A program made the position numbers and the translations under genes. Positions 39,901-49,498 of a stretch of DNA of 64,000 nucleotides are shown here, piece by piece. The stretch's first letter is position 1. Each line of letters begins with the position of its first letter. Below the pieces are notes generated by a model. The model was not told where the DNA came from and searched no databases. It worked only from the letters and a program-made list of their open reading frames with translations. This DNA comes from Candidatus Eiseniibacteriota bacterium (GTDB lineage: Bacteria; Eisenbacteria; RBG-16-71-46; CAIMUX01; VGJL01): NCBI GenBank assembly GCA_963792585.1, contig CAWBWI010000001.1:1120001-1184000 (forward strand), in the 5' to 3' direction.

Positions 39901-41462
39901 GCTGCAGCCCGAGGTTGGCGCCGAACACGATGGATGCGGGGTCGATCGCGCGGTCGAATACGATTTCCGGGCTGCCATCGACCGGGAAGAGCGGCTCCCC
40001 GGGAAGGGGTTCGCTCCAGGTCACGCGGGGCCCGCGCGGTTGGAGCGCGGTGCGGAACTCACTGATGAACGGTTGGAAACCGGCGGCGAGCGGATCCTGG
40101 TCGAGCGGCTCGTGGCGCACGCCATCGAGCAGGTCAGGCGTGAGCCGGATCGTGTAGATGAGGTCATACGACAGCGGTCGGGCCGGAACGAATTCGAGGA
40201 CCGACCCCTGCTCGGCCGCCCGGCGCAGGCCCGAGATCGCCCCCGAGGTGTCGGAGACCGTGAAACTCACCGAGGTCAGGGTGGTTGGGTCGACGGCCCG
40301 GTTCATCCGCACGCGGATCGTGACGTCGACGGGGATGTCGACGGCGTTCGCGATCGGCTCGCACGATGTGGCCCGTAGGGGGTCGTACACTTCGGCCCGG
40401 AACACCGATACGAACGCCTGCAAGCCGTCGAGCTCAGCATCCTGATCCAGCGGACGACCTTCCGCGTCGAGAAGCGCCGTCGAGGCGCGCACGCGGTACC
40501 AGCTTCCCCGTTCGAGCGGCGCCAACGGCCGCAAGACGACCTCGGTGTTGTCGAAGACGACACCGCGCGAGCAGGGGATGACGTTCCCGCCGTCCCGAGG
40601 ACGGAGGCTCACGAGGGTGTCGATCAGGGAGGATGGGTTCATCGGCCTGTCGAAACGAACCCGGATCTCGGAGGTGTCCGGCACGCCGGAGTCGCCGTCC
40701 CCGGGGATCACAGCGGTGACGTACGGCAGGTCCTGCCACACGTCGAGATCGACCTGGGTCGAGTCGCCGAACAGGCTCGTCCCGAGCGGCAGCACGCTAC
40801 GGACTCGGAACGTCCGGAACGTGGACGGGATACGGGCGGCACGCCGCGACGCGGCCTCATCACGCAGGCCGGCCGCACCGACGGCGAAACCGGCACCGAT
40901 CGTTCGCGAGGTGTCGGAGACGCCGTAGTCCGTGTGGGAGATCCCATCCGACTGTCGAAGGAGATAGGAGAGAGCCCCCGGGACCCGATTCCACCGCACC
41001 GTATAGCTCGGCACGCCGGGTTCTCCGTCGATGGCCGGCGCCCGCGGAATGCTCGATCGCACCGCGATCGCCCCCTCGGTCGTCTTTCCCCCCGCGACGT
41101 CCAGACCGCTCACGCTCCCGAAGCCGATGGCCCCGCGACCGAGCGGACCGAGCCCCTCGGCCTGTGCAAGCGCCCGAAAATCGCTGTCGGCGTCGACCTC
41201 GATCTCGATCGCGGTATCGAGCGGTCCCGTCGCCGGAAGGGCGGTCTGTCGTGCCTGCGACCCGGAGATCATCGGAATCCCGGATCTCAACGCGAACCGA
41301 GTCGGGACGCGGCATGCCGGCATCGGGGAATGACAACCGAAGCAAGATACCGCCGGTGCCCGGAAGGGTCGGCCGGTCGCCGCTGCACGAGACGCTCAGA
41401 ATCGCCAGCGCAATCCCCACCGCCCGCGTGGTCCGCCCCAGGCAGGTCGCCATACGGCTCAT
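36902..41462 (-). CDS. Large lipoprotein (~1520 aa) with about 10 Big_5/SbsA Ig-like repeats and a PKD domain; frameshift near 41250
   Basis: N-terminus in ORF 40860-41567 (lipobox LSVSC) continues in ORF 36902-41323; repeats 'P.V....P.DG...V......I.V.FS...DP.S'; PKD 'FDAGASTDPDG...WEWGDG'. Confidence 0.85.
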
Positions 41463-42190
41463 AGCGCGCCGATCGTCCGACCGATCCAATCCGCGAGGAG
41501 CGGAATGAGATCGGGGCGTGTCCTCAGCAATTCGGCGCCGCGCCCGGCGCCATCGATGAGCCAGCATTCCCTCGTCGGATCCTCCGCGGCGAGACGCGCG
41601 CTCGCCTCGATCCCGATGATGTCCCCGGTTCCCACGACGACGAGGACCGATCCCGCCTGGGCCGCTCTCAGGCCCGATTCCTGCGTCCAGGCTGGGGAGA
41701 CAATTACACGTGCGATTCGGTCCATGATACCCGGACGGGCCCTGAAGGACGAAACATCCGCATCCCCGGAGCAGACCAGGGCCGCTTCATGGATCGTTGT
41801 TGCAGGCAGTTCGCGAAGATAGCGCAGTCCCGCTTCTGCGTCCAGCCTCGCGGCCTGCAACTCTCCGTTCGTGAAGCGGGCCCGGTCCCTCCGAATCCCA
41901 CGCTGGAGGGCGCTCCCGCCGGTTCCCCGCAGGTCGGGCACCAGCACGTGCAGCCCGGCGGCGACGAGGGAATCGGCGATTCCCAGCCAGGCCGACCGCC
42001 CCTCTTTCGTGTCGGGGAGGATCAGAACGGCTCGGGCCGAAGGCAGTGCGGGGGCAAAGTAGTCCGCGGTAACCGCGAATCCGTCGGAGGTCCCATAGTG
42101 GACCGTCTGGGGCGCGGCGCCGGCCGGCCCCACAAGGAGATAGCCCACCGTCGCGGCCGCCAGGATCAGCGTGCGTTGACGATGCCCCAA
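41459..42190 (-). CDS. Secreted alpha/beta hydrolase-fold protein with degenerate catalytic motifs (start uncertain)
   Basis: 'TSDGFAVTADY', 'AVLIL', 'AGLHVLVPDLRGTGGS', 'DAEAGLRYLR'; ATGA overlap with the Ig-repeat gene. Confidence 0.7.
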   Translation of the reverse strand: MGHRQRTLILAAATVGYLLVGPAGAAPQTVHYGTSDGFAVTADYFAPALPSARAVLILPDTKEGRSAWLGIADSLVAAGLHVLVPDLRGTGGSALQRGIRRDRARFTNGELQAARLDAEAGLRYLRELPATTIHEAALVCSGDADVSSFRARPGIMDRIARVIVSPAWTQESGLRAAQAGSVLVVVGTGDIIGIEASARLAAEDPTRECWLIDGAGRGAELLRTRPDLIPLLADWIGRTIGAL

Positions 42191-42236
42191 CCCGTCCGTA
42201 CGCTCAATGAAAGCACAGCCGTTGCCGGAGGTACGC

Positions 42237-42575
42237 ATGGACAGCGAGGATCGCAGAGGCATCGGTCTACTCGGGTTCGATGAGCAGACGGAGACCTGGT
42301 ACATCGACATCCGCGACGCACGTAGGATCGTCTTGAGCAGGAGTTCGCTCGAGAGTCTGGTCGCGATCTACAATTCGATTCACACGGGAAACCGTCTGGT
42401 ATTGAGCGACGAACGCAACGTTCGCCGCATCGAGGGGAGCAACCACGATCTCCTCGAGGCGGTCCGAGAGCTTCATCTCGAGTTCGATCGTCGACAACAG
42501 CGCCTCCCCCACCATCGAGCGATCCGCTCCCTCGTCGCGATCTGGCGGCGAATCGTGCGGCACCCTTCCGCCTAG
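42237..42575 (+). CDS. Hypothetical protein
   Basis: SD GGAGG before ATG; the composition looks protein-like; no family recognised. Confidence 0.55.
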   Translation: MDSEDRRGIGLLGFDEQTETWYIDIRDARRIVLSRSSLESLVAIYNSIHTGNRLVLSDERNVRRIEGSNHDLLEAVRELHLEFDRRQQRLPHHRAIRSLVAIWRRIVRHPSA

Positions 42576-42901
42576 CGTCCCCGCCGGCCTTCGGCCAGGT
42601 CCAGTCGCCCTTTCAGTTCATCGATGTCGCGCCCGACGTGCGCGACCCTTCGGTTCAGATCGAAGAGGTAGTAGCCGAGCGAGACCCAGATGAGGCCGTA
42701 GCCGAGCATCAGGTACTGAAAGCGGCTCCGCGCCTTGCGCTTCTCTGCGCCGGCATCGCGTTCCGCCTCGCCCCCCGTGGGGTTCGCGGTTCCCGACTGG
42801 TCGTACTGGGCCTTCGCCGGGGTGACGCCCGGCGTCCAACGGGACGCCGGAGATGCGAGCAGGCACGCCAGCAGCGCCGCCATCATGAAGAAGCGTCTCA
42901 T
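42572..42901 (-). CDS. ccmD: CcmD-family protein with an N-terminal signal-like extension
   Basis: 'YLMLGYGLIWVSLGYYLFDLNRRV...IDELK' TM plus charged tail; ATGA overlap directly after ccmC. Confidence 0.7.
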   Translation of the reverse strand: MRRFFMMAALLACLLASPASRWTPGVTPAKAQYDQSGTANPTGGEAERDAGAEKRKARSRFQYLMLGYGLIWVSLGYYLFDLNRRVAHVGRDIDELKGRLDLAEGRRGR

Positions 42902-43632
42902 CGCGCACCTCCCGGACCCGTACTGGGCCCCCAAACGCCCGCCTCCGCGGTTTCGACCTCCGCGCGCAGCGTATCCCGCGACTCCTGCAATCTCTCGAGT
43001 CCCATCCTCTTCAGAACCAGAGCGATGAAGAGGCAGAGGATCGCCAGCATGCCGACCCGAAGCGTGACCGCCATGTCGTGCTGCAGTCCCCCGCGTTCCA
43101 TGATGAATGTCGTCGGGTGCTGCGTCCGCCACCACTTCACCGAGAAGTAGACGATCGGCACGTCGAGGGCGCCGATGATCCCGAGGACGGCGGAGAATCG
43201 GCGCATGCGGATGTCGCCCCCCATGTAGTTGCGGAGCATCAGATAGGCCACGTAGATCAACCAGAGGATGAGAGTGGTCGAGAGTCTCGCGTCCCAGGTC
43301 CACCAGACGCCCCAAGCGGATCGCGCCCAGACCGGACCGGTCAGCAAAGTGATCGTGCAGAAGAGCAGACCTACTTCCGCCGCGGCCTGCGCCAGACCAT
43401 CCCAGCGACGCGCCCCGGTCGCCAGGTAGCCGATCGAGGCGACGAGCACGATCATGAAACCCAAGAAAGCCATCATCGCTGAGGGAACGTGGAAGTAGAA
43501 GATCCTCTGGACGTCGCCCATCGTGCGCTCGGTCGGCGCGTGAAAGAGGGCCATGTAGAATGCGAGCGCGACCAGGACGATCGTCGCGAGGTCCAGGAAG
43601 CGGCCCCACCCGGGAATGTAGCGACGGTTCAC
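42898..43632 (-). CDS. ccmC: Heme exporter / cytochrome c biogenesis protein CcmC
   Basis: 'RIFYFHVP', WWD motif 'TGPVWARSAWGVWWTWDARL', 'VKWWRTQHP'. Confidence 0.95.
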   Translation of the reverse strand: MNRRYIPGWGRFLDLATIVLVALAFYMALFHAPTERTMGDVQRIFYFHVPSAMMAFLGFMIVLVASIGYLATGARRWDGLAQAAAEVGLLFCTITLLTGPVWARSAWGVWWTWDARLSTTLILWLIYVAYLMLRNYMGGDIRMRRFSAVLGIIGALDVPIVYFSVKWWRTQHPTTFIMERGGLQHDMAVTLRVGMLAILCLFIALVLKRMGLERLQESRDTLRAEVETAEAGVWGPSTGPGGAR

Positions 43633-43635
43633 CGT

Positions 43636-44317
43636 TCACTCCTCCAGGATTTGATCGAAGAGAAACACGCCCACGGTAATGAAAATCAGATCGAAGGCGA
43701 GGATCAGGCGCAGCCAACCCCACGCCTCGGCAAGTCCCTTGCCGGCCAGAATGTCGCCGGTCGCCCGCACGGCGGCCAGCAGGATCGGGATCCAGATCGG
43801 ATACAGGAGAATCGGCAGGAGCATCTCCCGCATCCGGCTGCTCGTCGCCAAGGCCGAGAGCAACGTCCCGACGGCCGAGAATCCGACGGTCGCGAGGAAG
43901 GTTACCAGCGCCAGTTGGGGCAGGCAAGCCAGCACCGGCACGTGGAGCAGAATCGAGAAGACCGGAATGGTCACGATCTCGACCGCGGTTAGCAGGATGA
44001 CGTTGCCCGATCATCTTGCCCAGGAACAGCGCGCTCCGGTCGACCGGGGAGAGCACCAGGGCCTGAAGACTGCCCCGATGCCGCTCCGTGGAGAAGGAGT
44101 GCCCAAGCCCGAGTACGCCCGAGAAGCTGAAGGCGACCCAGAGCATCCCGGGCGCGAGCCGCTCGAGGTCGACCTTCTGCGTCTCGAAGCAGAAGCCGAA
44201 GATCACGACGACGAGGAGGGAGAAGAGGGCCATCGAGCCGGCCGCCTCGCGCGTGCGCCACTCGCTGAGGATGTCCTTGCGGATCAGGGCGACGACGGTG
44301 TCGAAGTACTCCCTCAT
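43636..44317 (-). CDS. ccmB: Heme exporter protein CcmB (frameshift near 44005)
   Basis: '[11 protein letters not shown]', '[10 protein letters not shown]', '[18 protein letters not shown]'. Confidence 0.9.
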
Positions 44318-45064
44318 CCTTCGGCCCCCGCGATCCCGAGCCCCGCGTGGACCCGATAGAGCTCTTCGAGTCGGGAGGCGTCGAGCCCCGTCGAGCCGCT
44401 CTTCGTGGACGATCCAGCCGGCGCGCAGCACGAGCAGCCGCGTCCCCGTTCCCGGAGACGTGCGCCAGGTCGTGGGTCGCCATGATGAAAGCCCCTCCCG
44501 ACCCGCGGAACGCCCGGAGACGTCGCTTCCAGATCCGAAGCGGCGACGGGATCGAGGCCGGTGAACGGCTCGTCGAGCAAGAGCACCTTTGGGCCGTGGA
44601 TCTGCGCGCGGGCGAGCGTGAGGCGTTGGGCCATCCCGCGCGAGAAGCCCCGACACCGGCCGCTCGGCGAAACGTTCGAGTCCGACTGCCGCGAGGGCGA
44701 TCGCGATCCGGGACTCATCACGCATTCCGTAGAGCCTCGCGAAGAAGCGGAGATTCTCTCGGGCGGTCAGGGCGTCATAGAGAAAGGTCTCGTGCGAGAC
44801 GAAACCGAATTTGCGCCGCGTCTCGCCATCGCGAAACGACGCGCGCTCCCCGCCGATGCGGATCGATCCACCTCCGGGATGGTGGATCCCCGCGAGGATC
44901 CGGAGCAAGGTGGACTTCCCCGCGCCGTTGGGTCCCAGGAGGACGAGCCCCTCGCCCGCGCCGAGGTGGAATGACACGCCCCTCAGCACGGGGGGGCCCC
45001 CATAGTCCTTGGTAAGTCCCTGGACGTCGAGCAGCGGGACCGCGCTGGATTCGCTCGCGGCCAC
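44314..45064 (-). CDS. ccmA: Heme ABC exporter ATP-binding protein CcmA (frameshifts)
   Basis: Walker A 'GPNGAGKST', '[11 protein letters not shown]', 'FSRGMAQRL', '[11 protein letters not shown]'. Confidence 0.9.
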
Positions 45065-45072
45065 CTTCGTGG

Positions 45073-45756
45073 TCAGCCGGATGCGCGCTGGGTCAGGGTG
45101 CGCAACCGCGCCACGAGCCCCTCACGCACCTTTCGGTACTCCTCCTCGCCGATCACCCCGTCTTCGTGACGATTGTCGAGGCTGGCGATGTCGCGAATCA
45201 ATGCGCGGACCCCGGCCGGGGGCTCCGCGGCCTTTGCGTCACCCGCACGCGGTCGGGCCAGGAACGCCAGCAGCGCAAAGATCAGCGCGATCCACAGAAC
45301 GATGAGGACCGTATGCAGGGGATTCGGCCGTACCGCGATCCCCTGGGGGGGCTGTCCGGTGAGGGGCGGGTGGCCGCTCGGCAGGTTCCCCTCGCTCGGC
45401 GCCCGATCGGAGAGCAGGACGCCGTAGTCGACTTCATCCTGCCCGGGCATGAAGCGGATCGGCTCGCTCAGGAAATCCCGGCCCCGGTAGTCGATCTGGA
45501 GCACGTAGGCGATCGACGTGTCCTGCGCAAGTTCGAGGAAGTGGAAGTGCCCATCGGCGCCCGTCTCCAGCTTCTTGCGGATCATCTCGCCGTCCGCGTC
45601 CCGGAAGATCAGCGTCACCCCGGCGCCCTTCGCCAGCGAGTCGGGGTTCTCCGCCGTGAAGACGCGACCCGTGATGCTGCCGGCGTGTGCCGGAGCACCG
45701 ACCGCAACGAGCAGGACGAATGCGAGGAGGGACAGCATCGAGTGAAGGGGCCTCAT
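45073..45756 (-). CDS. Membrane protein with a carboxypeptidase-regulatory-like domain, GHPP motif and CcmI-N-like C-terminal helix
   Basis: Signal peptide, 'GSITGRV...TGADGHFHF', 'LPSGHPP', TM segment, 'IRDIASLD....GVIGEEEY...R'. Confidence 0.7.
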   Translation of the reverse strand: MRPLHSMLSLLAFVLLVAVGAPAHAGSITGRVFTAENPDSLAKGAGVTLIFRDADGEMIRKKLETGADGHFHFLELAQDTSIAYVLQIDYRGRDFLSEPIRFMPGQDEVDYGVLLSDRAPSEGNLPSGHPPLTGQPPQGIAVRPNPLHTVLIVLWIALIFALLAFLARPRAGDAKAAEPPAGVRALIRDIASLDNRHEDGVIGEEEYRKVREGLVARLRTLTQRASG

Positions 45757-46100
45757 CCGCGGGCCTCCTTCTCCAGGCGTGTCCGCTCGAGCCGGATCAG
45801 TTGCTCCAGGGAATCCGTCCCGGGCGCCTCCCCGAACGACTCGAGCCGCTTCATCGCGTGAATCGCCGCGGCCTCCGCAGCGGCGCGCTGTTCCGCGTAC
45901 TCGGCCTCCTCGAGCTTCCCCGTCTGCCGGTCCTGATCGAGGTCCCGGATCAGTTGCAGCGCGGCCTCCTTCTCGGCGATGGCGTGCGTCCGCTCCTCGT
46001 CCCGGCGCGCGCCGAGTCGGCGGCGCCGGAGCGGGAGCGAGATGAACGCGGCCGCCCCAACGATCAGGGCGATCAGAAGGATCCAGGTCAGTACGGCCAA
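45753..46100 (-). CDS. CcmI N-terminal-like small membrane protein (TTG start inferred)
   Basis: TM ending 'LPL', then 'EKEAALQLIRDLDQDRQTGKLEEAEY...R'; lies directly after ccmF. Confidence 0.7.
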   Translation of the reverse strand: MAVLTWILLIALIVGAAAFISLPLRRRRLGARRDEERTHAIAEKEAALQLIRDLDQDRQTGKLEEAEYAEQRAAAEAAAIHAMKRLESFGEAPGTDSLEQLIRLERTRLEKEARG

Positions 46101-46119
46101 AACGCCTCCCCCCTGCGGG

Positions 46120-48065
46120 CTAACCCGCCATCCTCCTCTGGCGCGGCGGCAGGAGAACGAGGACTCCCCCAATGCACATGATGATGCCGCCCCACCAGAA
46201 CCAACTGACCAACGGGTTCACGTAGACCTTGAAACTCGCCTTCTGACTCTGGTCCATGTCCGCCAGGATCAGGTAGAGATCGTGCTTCCAGGTCGAGTAG
46301 ATCGCAACTTCCGTCGAGAGTTGCTCGGCCTTCTCGTACCAGATCCGATGCGGGGTCAAACGGACGATTCCGCGGCCGTTGCGCGCGAGGTCGACCGTCG
46401 CCTTGACCGACTCCATTCCCGGCGACTCGCTCTCCTCGAGTCCCTGATAGGTCAGCTCGTAGCCGCCCGCATGGAACCGCTCGCCGGGCATCACCGTCGA
46501 CTCCCACTCGTTGTTGAACGCGGAGCCGGCGAAGCCGATGAAGACCAGCACCACGCCCAGATGGACGATATAGCCGCCGTAGCGCCTCGGGGCCCTCCAG
46601 ATCAGCCGCGCGAATGCGAGCGGGACCGATTCGGACGCCGCACGCCTGCGCGCCGCGATTCCGCGCGCGAACTCGGATACGATCGTCGTGAGCACGAAGA
46701 GACAGATTGCGAAGGTGACCAGAGCGTAGGCGTGCCGGACGCCCGCCACCGCCAAGACGATCGTCGCGACCACCGCCAGGACCAGCGGAACGGAGATCAT
46801 CCGGGCGAAGCTCGACGGACTCATCCGCTTCCATGCGATCAGCGGACCGATCCCCACCAGCAGCAGGAGGGCCAGCCCGATCGGCGTCATGATCGCATTG
46901 AAGTAAGGGGGGCCGAGGCTCACCTTCACGTTCCGGATCGCTTCGGAAATGATCGGGAAGAACGTCCCCAGGAGAACGGTGAAGGCGCCGCCCAGCAGGA
47001 TCAGATTGTTGAGCAGGAAACCCGCCTCGCGCGAGAGGAACGAGTCGAGGGTGTGCTCGCTGGCCATCATCTTGCGCCGCCAGAGGAGCATCCCGAGGGA
47101 TCCCACGATCAGGAAGGTCAGGAAGCCGGCGAACCAGGGTCCGATCGCGCTCTGCGCGAATGTGTGGACGGAGGAGACCAGCCCGCTCCGGGTGATGAAG
47201 GTTCCGGTGATCGTGAGCAGGAAGCTGACGATCACGAGGAGCATCGTCCAGACCTTGAACATGCCCCGCCGTTCCTGAATCATCACCGAGTGGATATACG
47301 CCGTGCAGGTCAACCAAGGCATGAAGGCCGCGTTCTCCACGGGATCCCAGGCCCAGTAGCCGCCCCATCCGAGCTCCACGTACGCCCAGCGCGCTCCCAG
47401 GACGTTTCCGGCCGCCAGGAAGAGCCAGGCCAGAAGCGTCCAGAGGCGCGTCCGCTTGAGCCAATCGTCGGAGAGTCGACCGGAGATCAATGCTCCCATC
47501 GCGAAGGCGAAGGGGATGGCCAGCCCAACGAAGCCCAGATAGAGCGTCGGGGGGTGGATCGTCATGATGGGGTGCTGCAGGAGGGGGTTCAACCCTCGCC
47601 CGTCGGGGGGGATGAGCATCGCCCGATCGAACGGCCGCGCTATGAAGCCCACCAGCGTGAGGAAGAAACCCTGAATGAACATGAGGGTCGTGAACGTGGG
47701 CGCCATGAGGACGTGGCTGTCGTTGCGGTGGCGCACAACGACGGCGACCGCGTAGAGGCAGAGCAGCCAGACCCAGAACATGATGCTCCCCGCCTGGCCG
47801 CCCCAGAGGGCGCCCAGCTTGTAGAAGAGCGGCATCGATCGGTCGCTGTTGGACCAAACGTAGTCGAGCTGGTAATCGCCGACCATGAAAGCGTAGATGA
47901 GGCCGGCGATCGCGAGAGTATGAATCCGGTCGCGACGAGCACGGCGTTGCGCGCCGCGTCGGTCAGATCCGCGCGCTTCTTCCATGTCGCGAGGGCGCCC
48001 AGGACCCCCGCAAGCGCGGTCGCGGCCAGCGCGACATAGACGCAGTAAAACCCAAGCTGGATCAT
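46120..48065 (-). CDS. ccmF: Heme lyase CcmF/NrfE (frameshift near 47920)
   Basis: 'GLNPLLQHP.MTIHPPTLYLG', 'WAYVELGWGGYWAWDPVENA', 'TRSGLVSSVHTFA', 'NPLVSWFWWG'. Confidence 0.95.
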
Positions 48066-48111
48066 CTATCTGCTCCCCGTCCGCTCTCGGGCGGACGTTT
48101 CGGAGGTTGTC

Positions 48112-48588
48112 CTAGCTCGTTTGAGATGTCAGAGGAACATCGGACGGGTGTTGATTCTGGGGTTCGTCTGGGCTCGACTCGTACTTCGATGGGCACTTGG
48201 CCATGAGGAAGTTCGCGTCAAAAGTCCCCGTGGTGCGGAAGCAGCCCTCGACAACCACTTCTCCTTCTTCCTTGAAGGTGTCGGGGACGATCCCTTTGTA
48301 GATCACGGGAATCGCTTTGGTTCCGTCGGTCATCTGGAAGTGCAGCGTCAGCTCGTCGCGATTGATCGTCCCGGGCACGACTTTGCCCGTCACGCGGAGG
48401 CCGTCCACATCGCGGCCATGCTGCTTGGTGATCAGTTCGGAGACCGTGACGTAATAGACCATGGACTTGTTGGCGCTGCGGGCGACGAGAAGCCCGATCG
48501 CCAGCCCAACGGCGACGAAACCGAACAACAGACGGAGCCGGATTCCCCAGAGGCGGCGCTTGGGGGCAATCGGATCGGATGCGCTCAT
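48112..48588 (-). CDS. ccmE: Cytochrome c maturation protein CcmE, CxxxY variant
   Basis: 'VYYVTVSEL', 'LRVTGKVVPG', 'PDTFKEEGEVVVEG', 'AKCPSKY'. Confidence 0.93.
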   Translation of the reverse strand: MSASDPIAPKRRLWGIRLRLLFGFVAVGLAIGLLVARSANKSMVYYVTVSELITKQHGRDVDGLRVTGKVVPGTINRDELTLHFQMTDGTKAIPVIYKGIVPDTFKEEGEVVVEGCFRTTGTFDANFLMAKCPSKYESSPDEPQNQHPSDVPLTSQTS

Positions 48589-48592
48589 CGTT

Positions 48593-49420
48593 CTATCGTC
48601 CCTTTCTTGCGGCCAACGGTTCCAGCAGCCCCGCGTCCACCCGCGTGCCGCCGATCGGAATCTCGGACATCCCACGACCATGGAAGTCGGACCCGCCCGT
48701 CGTCGCCAAACCGAGCCGTTCGGCGAGCCGCCGGTAACCGGCGACCATGTCGGGTGAGTGCTTGGGATGCTCCACCTCGATACCCTGTAGACCTTCGCGA
48801 ACGAACATGTCGAGCGCCCCGTTGAGCCGATACGCCCCCGGATGCGCCAGAACGGAAACGCCTCCTGCCCTTCGCAGCGCGCCGAGGGCGCGCGCCGGCT
48901 CAACCGGCGTCTTCCCAACATACGCGGGCGCGTCCTTGCCAAGATAGCGCGAGAACGCTTCGGGAAACGTGCTGACCCAGCCTCCGTCGATCAGCGCCTG
49001 GGCGACGTGGGGGCGGCCCACATATCCCGGGCACCAGCGGTGGATTTCAATCTGCTCGAAGGCGAGATTCACCCCCAGCGCATGCAGCCGGTTGATGATG
49101 CGGTGCGCGCGCGCCTGTCTCGCGATCACCACCTCCGCCAGCAAATCCACCAGCTCCGGATACTCGGGATCGATCCAGTAGCCGAGGATGTGGAAATCCT
49201 GCCCACCATGCTCGACCGAAAGCTCGACCCCGGGGATGAATCCGATGCCGGTGCGCTCCGCCGCCCCGCGGGCCTCTTCCAACCCGATGGTCGTATCGTG
49301 ATCGGTGACGGAGATCCAGCTAAGTCCCGCTTGCGACGCCAACTCCACGACCTCCGTGGGCGAGCAGAGCCCATCGGAACATCGGGTGTGGACATGCAGG
49401 TCCGCCGTCGCTTTCCTCAA
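48593..49420 (-). CDS. PHP-domain metal-dependent phosphoesterase (TrpH/YciV-like)
   Basis: 'DLHVHTRCSDG', 'VTDHDT', 'GVELS', 'HILGY', 'LAHP', 'TGGSDFHG'. Confidence 0.92.
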   Translation of the reverse strand: MRKATADLHVHTRCSDGLCSPTEVVELASQAGLSWISVTDHDTTIGLEEARGAAERTGIGFIPGVELSVEHGGQDFHILGYWIDPEYPELVDLLAEVVIARQARAHRIINRLHALGVNLAFEQIEIHRWCPGYVGRPHVAQALIDGGWVSTFPEAFSRYLGKDAPAYVGKTPVEPARALGALRRAGGVSVLAHPGAYRLNGALDMFVREGLQGIEVEHPKHSPDMVAGYRRLAERLGLATTGGSDFHGRGMSEIPIGGTRVDAGLLEPLAARKGR

Positions 49421-49498
49421 AAGATCAGAACCTCCCCGCTCATAGAACTGATGCTACGGGACCGGGCACGGGGTCGTCCAGCCCTCAGCGGGCGGGTC

